NCBI GenBank assembly: GCA_051362555.1
Contig: CM120647.1
Location: 10,354,001 to 10,418,000, forward strand
Source of the DNA: Lingula anatina
Lineage: Eukaryota > Animalia > Brachiopoda
DNA length: 64,000 bases
Reading direction: 5' to 3'
Below the pieces are notes generated by a model. It had not been told where the DNA came from, made no database searches, and saw only the letters and a list, made by a program, of their open reading frames with translations. A program made the position numbers and the translations under genes. Each line of letters starts with the position of its first letter. Within the stretch, counting starts at the first letter, position 1. Of the stretch, positions 54,699 to 64,000 are shown piece by piece.

Positions 54699-55794
54699 CG
54701 GTGTGTGTGTGTGTGTGTGTGTGTGGGAGGGGGAGGAGGTCGTTATATCTGCCAGTAGTGACACTATCTGTACTAAAACTAGAGTCAATACTAGAATTGC
54801 ACAGAGTTCTTGGATACTATAGTGTTAAACTTTTGCAAGCATTTTTTTCTTTGGTGGTGTGTGTGGATTATGGCAAATAAAAATGCATGTTTTTGTGTGT
54901 GTGTGTGTGTGTGTGTGTGGGTGTGTGTATCTATGTATATGCACATCTGCATATGTGTGTGTGTATAATTTTTTCTCTGTCACTGGTAACATTTCCTTGG
55001 TAATCAGTACATACATTCACCTAATCCATGTACAGTTGGGCGTTTACAACACCAATTAAAAATACAGATGCCAACAACTGCTTTAAAATGTTCTTAAATA
55101 TCTTTTTCACTGAATTTCCCAGTAAAATTCCCAGCAATCGTCAGAGTCACCCCACTTTCCCGGTCACTCACCCTATTCTTTTCTTTCTTTTTTTCCCCCA
55201 CATATACAACTGCTTATTTATATATATATTCCTATTTCCAGGAAGATCATATTTTATTCACTACCCATGTACTTCCAATTATATATACTACTGTTCTGAG
55301 AAAACATTGTGTGACCCCAAACTCCAGGTAACAAGCTCCCTGATATTCTGAGGCACAATTTCCCTCATTCTCCGTATAAATAAATAGCCACGCTAGATAA
55401 ATAATGTTCCCTGGCTCATAGGTAATGTCATGTATTCTGAGAGTCTTGGGGCAAACCACCCTGATAGGTAAAGGGGTTCTTTGGGGAGGGTGAGGGGAGA
55501 GGTTGGAAGGGTGGTTTGAAGACTGGGGTTACAAAATATAACAGCCAAAGAAGCTGTTAATGTGAGCACCCTTCAATACCAGGCCATGAACAGTCAATTT
55601 GGGGACTAACATGTGATAAGCTGTTGGCAATATGTTGAAATTGCTGGTTGCAACTGGCTATGCATCTCTCTCTCTCTCTCTCTCTCAATCCATCAAAATC
55701 CCTACAATAACAGGGCATGACATGAGTCATTTTGACTAACACTTTTTGCAGACTAACATTTGATAAACTTTCAGCAAAATGTTGTGCTATGCAG

Positions 55795-55889
55795 CTCTCC
55801 CTCTCCCCATCCCTCCCTTTCTCCCTCCCTCCTTCTCTCTCTCTCTCTCTAAAATCACCATCACTATCATCATCATCATCATCATCATC

Positions 55890-55945
<56 letters not shown>
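55795..55945. repeat. Compound (CT)n/(TCA)n/(CT)n microsatellite
   Basis: Directly visible; explains the poly-S/I/M and ERERER ORFs. Confidence 0.9.
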
Positions 55946-55948
<3 letters not shown>

Positions 55949-56232
55949 CCGTCTCCACCAAAATCCAAATCCATCAAACCCCTCACAGAACCTCTTCCAA
56001 ACTGAGAGTATAGCCTGGACAAGCTCCCTGCCGTCTCTCGTACTTGGCACCACCTCTTCTTCAACAAGGGGAAGAGCAAAGAGCACGTCACGCAAACACT
56101 CACTCCACAAAGTCGGCACAAATCCCCCACGAGCTAAGAAAATGTCAAGCACATGCCGTAAGGTGCACATGACGTGTGTGATGGAGGAGCGTGCGTACTA
56201 CACCGGGTGAGAAGATTGAGATCTCAGCACGA

Positions 56233-56364
56233 GGGGATAAAAAGCTCTAATTTTCACATTAGTGTACTTCTATAGTGTTGTCCCTGCCAGGTGAGGCAGG
56301 TAAAACCAGCTGCTGAAGATTGCATTCACCTTAAAATCACCACCTGTGCTAAGAAGAATACACT
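56233..56364 (+). ncRNA. Candidate HDV-like (CPEB3-type) self-cleaving ribozyme, probably degenerate
   Basis: P1 GGGGATA (56233-39) / TGTCCCT (56279-85) with a G.U first pair; P3 TAC/GTG closing a 7-nt loop TTCTATA; P4 CAGGTG (56288-93) / CACCTG (56341-46); J4/2 GCTAA; 3' strand GAAGAATACACT complementary to AGTGTA-CTTC. P2 and P3 overlap, suggesting a small deletion. Confidence 0.45.
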
Positions 56365-56512
56365 GTGGCCTGGCCTTATTCTACGATTTCTAAGATTGCT
56401 TATACTTTATTATTATCATAATTATTATTGCTCTTAATATTATTGTTTTTTTTTGTTATTAATAGCATTATTACCATCGTTATTATTGCTTCTGCTTTCT
56501 TTTTTAAAAATA

Positions 56513-56782
56513 AGCCAGATGCTTTTAACAGATCAAAAATTGACACTGCCTTAATAGCAATGGTGCTTTTTTGAAAAACAGTAATACGTTTTCTCTATTT
56601 CCTTACCAAAATCTTAGTTTTTTTGTTGAATTGTTATTTTTTATAATTATTATTATAATTTCATCTTTTCCCCTTTTTACCAGATAGCCAGATGCTTTTA
56701 CCTGGTCAGAAATTGACACTAAATTAATAGTGATGATAATTTCTTGAAGGTAGTGCTTAATACATTTTCCATTTCCTTACCA
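56513..56782. repeat. Diverged tandem duplication, period about 173 bp
   Basis: AGCCAGATGCTTTTA...AAATTGACACT...TTAATAG...ATTTCCTTACCAA occurs twice. Confidence 0.75.
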
Positions 56783-57848
56783 ACATCACAGTGTTAGTTG
56801 GATTTGGCAGACTTGAGATTCACTGTGCAAGAACACAAAGCCTGATACATAAACTTTTATAGTTACCCTTGATATTAACGGGAAAGTGATTAAAATATTT
56901 GTTTGCTTTCACAAATAAATGAATTTGTATTAAAGAAACCAGAAAGAATTTGTACCATTTAAAGCAAACACAGGTCAATGCCTCCAAGTTGTTATCTGAG
57001 TGCATACCACTTACCACGACTGTACTAAAATGTTTCAAGATTCTCAGGTGAAGGCACACTGACCTTAACCCAAACCAAATATAACCTTAATGACATCACT
57101 CGATAAACTGACCAATAAAGGAATCCCATCCATTCCAGAAAATTTACAAGACATATTTAACAAAAAGGTCATCTGGTCAGTAAAATTCAAACTGTGCAAA
57201 GTTTAAGTTAGTCACGCTGTGAACACAACCTGGGAAGGAGATATTTTGGCATTTGTTAAGTACTACATCTTAAAGGAATGCCCCTTACACCTGACCTCGT
57301 CCTGCAGCTAGCATCTTGAACCTTTCTCTATTTCATCTTTGAACTCCCAGTGTTGTGCATCTCAATCAAAGTGTTTTATCTTTCATCAGATCTATATTTA
57401 TGTTTTATCCACAGCTCTGCTCTGCTATGCAATATGTGTTCTTTACGTACTAACCTCTATTTCTGCACTCACTGCACTCATTTTTGCTTTTACTTTTTAA
57501 TTAAATTGCCTTGAACTATGACAGGCCTATGTTAGTTTTTACCTTAAAATATTATCTGTGTCAGTCTGTCAATTGCAAGCTTTACCTTATACAGCTGTAA
57601 ATTCCCTTCCACCCCACCCAACCACACCCAAACTTCAGACAAATGTTTGAAATGAATTCCAAGACAAAGCACACACAGTAAAATATTATTTATTATTTAA
57701 TAAATGGATCACCATCAAAATCTAACCTTGGTGAACTTATTTCTGACCTATCCAGAAAATTTAATCAAAATCCCCCAATAACCTTTTGAATAAACCAAGG
57801 AGGCAAAAACAGAACCTCCTTGGCAAAAGTAACAAGACAGTCACTCAC

Positions 57849-58040
57849 CCTGCGCTGAATATGGACCGCCACCACCAACGATAATCCTCCGCTGAGAGCT
57901 GAAAGTAGGTCAGCGCCACGGAGATACAGGCTGTCACGCTCAGTAAGATCACATAGACCAGGAATAATATTCCGTACAGCGTGTACTGCTCCCGTCCCCA
58001 CAGTGTGGCAAATATGTAGTACAGCTCCACGGAGATTGCA
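57849..58040 (-). CDS. TM9SF1: TM9SF1 exon ([23 protein letters not shown]...[14 protein letters not shown])
   Basis: AG/GT boundaries, 192 nt, phase 2-2; near-identical to TM9SF1. Confidence 0.97.
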
Positions 58041-58274
58041 CTGAAATATGGATTATATTATTATATATATATTATATAATATTAAATTATATTATATTCA
58101 TAAAATCTCATACTCATTCAAGTTTTTTTATTACTGTAACTGTTGTCTCTCTTTATTGAATGTAACCGATCTTTTAAAATCTAAAAGCTCATCAAAAATA
58201 TAAAGGTGATTTTTTTTCAAATACTTCTGTCAAATTTGGTGCAAATTTTCTTTACATTTGAAACTAAATCTCAC

Positions 58275-58437
58275 CTAAATGGTAGAAATCCCGCAACGAG
58301 GCAGTGGACACCTGCAGACCTGTACCAGGGAACGTCTGGTATCTCGCGGGAGATATTCTTGGTACGGCAAGGGGCATCAAAGCCATTGGCGTAGTTCTTT
58401 CCAAAGATCCCACCAATGACTGTCAAGGGGTATCCTA
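58275..58437 (-). CDS. TM9SF1: TM9SF1 exon ([14 protein letters not shown]...[15 protein letters not shown]...GFLPFS)
   Basis: TTCCAG / GTGAGA boundaries, 163 nt, phase 1-2. Confidence 0.96.
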
Positions 58438-59249
58438 CTGGAAGGAATAGAGAGAGTGGAAGATGTTAGAAAACAGAGTGGAACCCTCAACCACAGACCC
58501 AACAAGGAGATGTTCACAAATCACCTAAATCACCACAAAGAGCCCCTTATTAATCCTTCATTATTATCAGAGACCTATTTGGTGCTGCTGTGAGCACGGC
58601 TAGTGCAAAAGTCATGTTCACATCCAGCTTAAATGTCAACAAGATCATATAAGGAGCATACAGATTTTCAGGATTAGCCTGTCCTCGTGTAAAAACTGAG
58701 AGATCATGAGATACATGAAGGAAAAAGATGGCACTAGCCAAAAGATAAATGTTTTTATAATAAAAAAATAATAATAATAAATAAATATCAGGGAAAGACC
58801 TGCAAGGCATTATCCTTTGGCCAAGCAACTGGCATAAGCACAAATATAGTGTAAGACACAAAAAGAAAAATAAGGCACTAGCCAGAGAATTATTATTTTT
58901 TTTCACCATAAAAAAAGCAAAAGTGATATCACCCTTCAGCCATTCATTATGAATCATTCCAGTCTAGTCTATTATCAAGTAAGTTGCTTGTGAATCAGTT
59001 GGAATGAATATAGATGAGGATCTACATTCAGTCCTCTATGGACTTCTAGATACTAAATTTGAACACATGAAAAGGATACACATAAAATGAACTACATATA
59101 AAATGACTTGCTGCAAATCTAGCAAATCTTGGCTAAATATTACGTAAAACACCATATAAATGAGAACAGCAGACCCGATGGATCCTAGCAGTGTCACTGA
59201 GAGTGCAGAGTTACCTCCGTGGAAAAGCTTGTGTGACTCCCATACTTAC

Positions 59250-59360
59250 CAAGTACCCAGAGAGTCATCAAGAGTACAATGGTCCCCCATGGCAGTGCCT
59301 GTGTGGTCCCCTGCATCCAGGACATTGTGTTTATCACGCTCCAGATGAGGAAAAATGGAA
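59250..59360 (-). CDS. TM9SF1: TM9SF1 exon ([36 protein letters not shown])
   Basis: TTACAG / GTAAGT boundaries, 111 nt, phase 1-1. Confidence 0.96.
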
Positions 59361-59622
59361 CTGTAACATAACAGGAATAAGAATTAGGAAATCTGAAAAC
59401 ATAAAATTGTTCTAAATCATGGTTTCTTACAACAAATATTGCCTTAACATGGTTTGCTAGCCATCTGATATATTTTCTCCAAAACAATAATCCATCTATA
59501 CAAGAGAAGCACTTAACATGTGAAAACCGTTTAATAAATACAAGTTTTCCATATAATGGAGACTGCTAGCTTGGTGACTTTTGTTTTTTTTTTTTTTTTT
59601 TTCACCATTTTTGAATACTCAC

Positions 59623-59715
59623 AAGAGAACAGGCAAGAGGTGAGGTTAATGTTCCACACCCAACTCTCTCCTCCCATCTTCTTGTACATATTAGCAGCCA
59701 CATAACCAGCCACAC
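59623..59715 (-). CDS. TM9SF1: TM9SF1 exon (VAGYVAANMYKKMGGESWVWNINLTSCLFS)
   Basis: TTTTAG / GTGAGT boundaries, 93 nt, phase 1-1. Confidence 0.96.
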
Positions 59716-59822
59716 CTAAAACACAGAATATACACAGTTAACGTTGACATGATATATCTATAAAGCATTTCACAGTATATATGTATAAAATAGTAATATG
59801 ACGTGAAGGAAGTTTTTTTTTC

Positions 59823-60252
59823 CAAGTCTATTACTAGCCCCCATATTATGGTTCGGATTATGTGTTAAATATTAACAAGGCACAAATGAAGTCCTTTTTT
59901 CAAGTCTATGACTAGCCCCCATATTATGGTTCGTATTATGTGTTAAATATTAACAAGGCACAAATGAAGTCCTTTTATTCCAGTCTATTACTGGCCCCCA
60001 TATTATGGTTCATATTATCTATGTGTAAAATATTAACATGGTATAAATGATTTTCTTTTTATCAAGTCTATTACTATCCCCCATATTATGGTTCATATTA
60101 TCTATGTGTAAAATATTAACATGGCATGAATGATTTTCTTTTTATTCAAGTCTATTACTATCCCCCATATTATGGTTCATATTATCTATGTGTTAAATAT
60201 TAACAAGGCATGAGTGAAGCTCTTTATTTCAAGTCTATTACAAACCCCCATA
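59823..60252. repeat. Intronic minisatellite, about 5.3 copies of a 78-84 bp unit
   Basis: Unit CAAGTCTATTACTAGCCCCCATATTATGGTTC...AAATATTAACAwGGCA...AATGA starting near 59823, 59901, 59981, 60063, 60147 and 60230. Confidence 0.93.
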
Positions 60253-60417
60253 ACATCATTCATATTAAAAATTTAAAATAACATTCTGTAATGCGAAATA
60301 AGTCGCAGCACAGACTCGCCAGAAGATCACAACATACCATAAATTTCCAGCTGCAGCATGTTAAAATTAAACATTAACAACATAAGGCATATTTTAAGTA
60401 ATAAAATAACACCTTAC

Positions 60418-60543
60418 CCGATGTCAGTGCATACAGTAACACTCCAGCCGTGTTAATTGAGCCATGTCTGTGAACATTAAACATTCCAAGTATGGCCATT
60501 ATCAGGATGCCAGTTCCTATGGAAAGGAATTGGCTTCCAACTC
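60418..60543 (-). CDS. TM9SF1: TM9SF1 exon ([42 protein letters not shown])
   Basis: TTCCAG / GTAAGG boundaries, 126 nt, phase 1-1; GMFNVHRHG matches TM9SF1. Confidence 0.97.
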
Positions 60544-60643
60544 CTGGAAAATAACAATACAATACATCTGAATATAAGTGAAGTCTCACCATGAATATAC
60601 TGTCACAATATATTCCCTTTCACAACCAAAACATTGTCACAAC

Positions 60644-60799
60644 CAGTGTTCAAAATTAACGCTGGACCGTCTGCTCAGGGTCGACAACTTTCAGAACGGG
60701 CCGAGAAGTTTTCCCACCCGGCCGAACTTGGGTCCAGCTACTTTTTAAAATGGTTGGATCTTCGGTCCAGAAATTAATTTTCTTAAGAGGCAAACACTG
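60644..60799. mobile_element. hAT-like MITE in a TM9SF1 intron
   Basis: CAGTGTT...AACACTG ends with AAATTAA / TTAATTT subterminal match; 8-bp flanks GTCACAAC / CTCACAAC (7/8); CpG-rich relative to the intron. Confidence 0.7.
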
Positions 60800-60857
60800 C
60801 TCACAACCAACAGATTGTCACAACTAATAAATTTACCATTACAGTCTGTCAACTCAC

Positions 60858-61005
60858 CCAGAATTGCACAGAACAGAGATTTACAAGGTGGGAATCTGAA
60901 CACATCGGTGTGGATGATCTTCCAGCCATTGTCGTCATTATCCAGCTCTTCACCATCCTCATCATCAGTGTTGTAGCGAGCAAAGTCATTCTTCAGTACC
61001 CTTGT
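60858..61005 (-). CDS. TM9SF1: TM9SF1 exon ([12 protein letters not shown]...[25 protein letters not shown])
   Basis: TTATAG / GTGAGT boundaries, 148 nt, phase 0-1; TM9 signature GWKxxHxDVFRxP. Confidence 0.97.
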
Positions 61006-61337
61006 CTATAAAGGCAGAGAAAAAAAAGAGATAAATATGCACACAATTAGTATAAATTAATAGCTGAAATTTGCTAAGCAGGAGTGATACAGATGTCTTA
61101 TCATATTGAAATCAAAGATGTGAACAGTGCCTTATAATATTATCATCATCATCCTTCGCAGTAACATGTTTAGACCAAAGTCGTTTCTCTCTCATTATTT
61201 AAAGAATTTCACTTGTATGCAGTATCATTTGTGATGGTGTCACAGTAAGTTACTCTGCCCTATATTATCCTAAATCTAAATGCATTTAATTTATATTAAT
61301 AACATGAGACCTGACTATGATTAAAAACTTTTCTTAC

Positions 61338-61409
61338 CAGAATAATGACCACAAATCCTAACAGGAGGAATACCAGAACCAAACTGTTGATGATGGACAG
61401 CCAGTGGAT
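61338..61409 (-). CDS. TM9SF1: TM9SF1 exon ([24 protein letters not shown])
   Basis: TTTCAG / GTAAGA boundaries, 72 nt, phase 0-0; first TM helix signature IHWxSIxNS. Confidence 0.97.
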
Positions 61410-61617
61410 CTGAAAACAATTGACACCAATATGTTATGGCAAGGATTTCACATATCATGTACAGTACAGAAACTAGATTAGTTTCAAACGCATTTTTCTC
61501 TTCCCCCTTTTTTTACCCCATGCATTTTGCAGTAACAAAATAAGAATTTCATTTTTTTTTGTTTCTATTTGAATTTTCTCTCTCTCTCTTTCAATTTCAA
61601 CAAAACCTTAGACTCAC

Positions 61618-61681
61618 CTCCAAGGTTTTAGGGAAGAAGCTTGTCCCTTTCACCAGTTTGTCCCTGTCACTGTACTTCAGC
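61618..61681 (-). CDS. TM9SF1: TM9SF1 exon (LKYSDRDKLVKGTSFFPKTLE)
   Basis: TTTCAG / GTGAGT boundaries, 64 nt, phase 2-0. Confidence 0.93.
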
Positions 61682-61898
61682 CTGAAATGTAGGGGAGTAC
61701 GAAGGTAAGAACCACTCACCTAGCTCATTATTTAGGTTTCTAATATTTATATGTGGGGAATGGGAGTAAGAGGAAGGGAGCAGCAAAACAAGACATCTTC
61801 TTAAGTTGGAGGCTAATAAAAGAATAACCCTGAACAACCACAGAACAGACAATTGAAATATCACCACTAGCCAGCGCTTGATATTGTCATGTACTTAC

Positions 61899-62008
61899 TT
61901 AGTTGGATGCCACTTTACGCTGTAAGTGAAGCGTATTTCAAAAGGTGCCACAGCATCATCTAGATTCACTGGCTCATGCTCTTTGGTAGAGATGTTAGCA
62001 TATATAAT
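61899..62008 (-). CDS. TM9SF1: TM9SF1 exon (IIYANISTKEHEPVNLDDAVAPFEIRFTYSVKWHPT)
   Basis: TTCCAG / GTAAGT boundaries, 110 nt, phase 0-2; TYSVxW motif. Confidence 0.95.
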
Positions 62009-62423
62009 CTGGAAGACAAATAAAAAATCTTTAATGAATTGACTGCGTGAACATTTACGTCAGAGATTTTAAAAGAATTGTAGCAACAAGATACACATTG
62101 TCCTCACAGGACCTGGCAACAGAGAACGACAGTCCCTTAAGGATTGAAATGTATATGTGATGTAGTTCAAACAGTGGAACATGATTTGTTTCTTTCCCAT
62201 GGCAAGATGAACATATGAAGAATACTCTGCATTAGATTTCAGTTATGTAAAAAAATTTTTGGCACAGCAAGCCATGTGACGTTTGTCAGTATTTGTTTTA
62301 TTATTTGTAATGAATGGAATATTCTTCTAATGTGAATTACTAGTACAGCATGTTCATCTACGATAATAATTACACTATATCATACACATGATTCAGTCCA
62401 AACTTGTCCCTGTCTCAACTCAC

Positions 62424-62542
62424 CTGGTCTCCATTATACTGGATATTAAAATGAATATTAGTCCACAGCTGTACTTTGTGATTGTGAGGAAGAAAACCTC
62501 CCTCTTCTAGGTGACCAAGAAAACCTCTCACTGGAATGTTGT
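62424..62542 (-). CDS. TM9SF1: TM9SF1 exon (DNIPVRGFLGHLEEGGFLPHNHKVQLWTNIHFNIQYNGDQ)
   Basis: TTCCAG / GTGAGT boundaries, 119 nt, phase 1-0. Confidence 0.96.
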
Positions 62543-62957
62543 CTGGAATACAAAATGAAATTCTGTTTTGATAGAGTTCAATTAGACACTTTTTTCTTTA
62601 GAATGCTTGGTGCTGTCATTAGTTCAATGATGCATGAAAATCAAGAGTAAATATCTTTAATGAAAATAAATTATTTGTCCCAGCTTCTTACACAGTGCAA
62701 ATAGTTGCACGGGTTTAAACAACAATAATATGGCACAAGTAGGCAATAATTTGGCACAAGTACTCACTTTATATGGAGTTTAACCGTTTAACCTTTGCAG
62801 CATCTTGATGTAACCATTGATGAGACTGCAATTTAGTGAAAAAGTCAGAAAATATGATGGCGGGTCTAGAGGACCTCCTAGGCCAATGATATTTTTGGCT
62901 CCCCAAAAGTCGGAAATATCTAAAAAAATCTCATCCCTGTGTAATTACCAAACTCAC

Positions 62958-63065
62958 CTAGGACAAACTCAAAGTAGTACAGGTCTTCAATGGCCTCTTT
63001 GAGCTGAGCCAGGTCAGCCTCTGACAGGGTCGTCTTACACAGCTCCTGGGCAGGAGAGATGTTCT
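62958..63065 (-). CDS. TM9SF1: TM9SF1 exon (NISPAQELCKTTLSEADLAQLKEAIEDLYYFEFVL)
   Basis: TTTCAG / GTGAGT boundaries, 108 nt, phase 1-1. Confidence 0.96.
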   Translation of the reverse strand, partial: RTSLLPRSCVRRPCQRLTWLSSKRPLKTCTTLSLS

Positions 63066-63579
63066 CTGAAATGTGAAAATAAGGGTTGAAAATCAGACAA
63101 TGTAATGTAATGTATTTCTGGGACTGGCATCTCGCAAGGAATTTTGGCAAAAAATTGATCTATAACCCAAAATTGGTTTAAACTTTTAAAGCATTGTAAC
63201 TAGGTAGGATTTTTACTCTCAGTGTTGACAATACTTTATGCAAGTGTACCACATGCATCTATTGTGGGTCAATTTAATCAATATGCTCACATACTGTACA
63301 GATATAATATCACATACTAGTAGTCTGATAAAAAAAAAAGTACTAGAATTGTACAGATATATTTGTCAGTCTTCTGCAACTACCCTTAAACATTGACCAA
63401 ATTTAATGTTCTACATTAGTATTTACAAGACCATCACAATCATCATCACCAAAACTTTAGGATCCTTTTAAGTTTTGATGGCTAATGGTGTGCAATTTCT
63501 GACAAAATAATTTCTGTATGTATGAATTATTTCTGAAATGTTCATGTCAGCTCGCTAGTTACTTCAAATCTGCACCTAC

Positions 63580-63661
63580 TTTTAAATCTGATGTCGTACA
63601 GAGACTTAGCCATTCTGTCTCCATCCAACACCTCCCCCAACGACAGGCTTTTATGTTCTAT
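63580..63661 (-). CDS. TM9SF1: TM9SF1 exon ([27 protein letters not shown]); upstream exons lie beyond the window
   Basis: TTCCAG / GTAGGT boundaries, 82 nt, phase 0-1; LGEVLxGDR motif. Confidence 0.96.
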
Positions 63662-64000
63662 CTGGAAAAGATAATAGGAGAATTAGGATAATTACCCACA
63701 TATCTCTAATACTTCTCTTTCTTATATGCTCCCTTTTTCAAACAAATTTAATTTCAGTTAATACAGGGCATTCTCTGCTTTAATACCAACAGCAAGCTCT
63801 GAAGTTCTCTTTATTTCTTTCTTTCCCTTTGTTGATGTATTATTTACAGTACATCTATTTCAGAAATATGATTTAACACATTGAGTTTACTGTGCACTTA
63901 CTGTTTACAGACACACATATTAAAGCACTTCCCACATTTTTCCTAATATATTCTTTCTAATATCACTGTTAACAAAACAGCTGATCGTTACATGAAAACA

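Noticed and set aside
55732-56210. ORFs of 93-143 aa with poly-S/I/M and ERERER runs
   Set aside because: Translations of (CT)n/(TCA)n microsatellites; no domain or splice support.
59823-60252. Repeat array superficially resembling CRISPR
   Set aside because: Whole units are repeated with no unique spacers, it lies in a eukaryotic intron, and no cas genes are present.
61714-61719. Extra GTGAGT donor-like site in a TM9SF1 intron
   Set aside because: Only about 38 nt from the next acceptor, too short for an intron; flanking exons already join in phase.

Overview
Eukaryotic (animal) genomic DNA with spliceosomal GT-AG introns, microsatellites, poly-G/C tracts and many DNA-transposon remnants. 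It is most likely a marine invertebrate (inference from repeat style and mosaic CpG depletion; species not identifiable by eye). Two spliced protein-coding genes lie on the minus strand. The first is an RBM24/RBM38 (SEB4/SUP-12 family) RRM gene with three coding exons found (23046-22873, 15758-15638, 12193-12127); its final exon was not located. The second is TM9SF1, with 13 phase-consistent exons from 63661 to the stop at 48737 and its 5' end outside the window. Between them are two intact tRNA-Asp(GTC) genes and a 5.5-kb P-superfamily-like transposon (30-bp perfect TIRs, 7-bp TSD) containing a decayed gene and a nested Harbinger-type MITE. The 8.9-kb last intron of TM9SF1 holds a Kolobok-like element with an intact first exon, two inverted MITE copies and a candidate, probably degenerate, HDV-like ribozyme. 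Almost all other ORFs in the track are noise. No prokaryote-type system (CRISPR, operon) is present. The best leads are the HDV-like fold at about 56233-56364 and the P-like element with its cargo gene; neither can be called novel without database searches.
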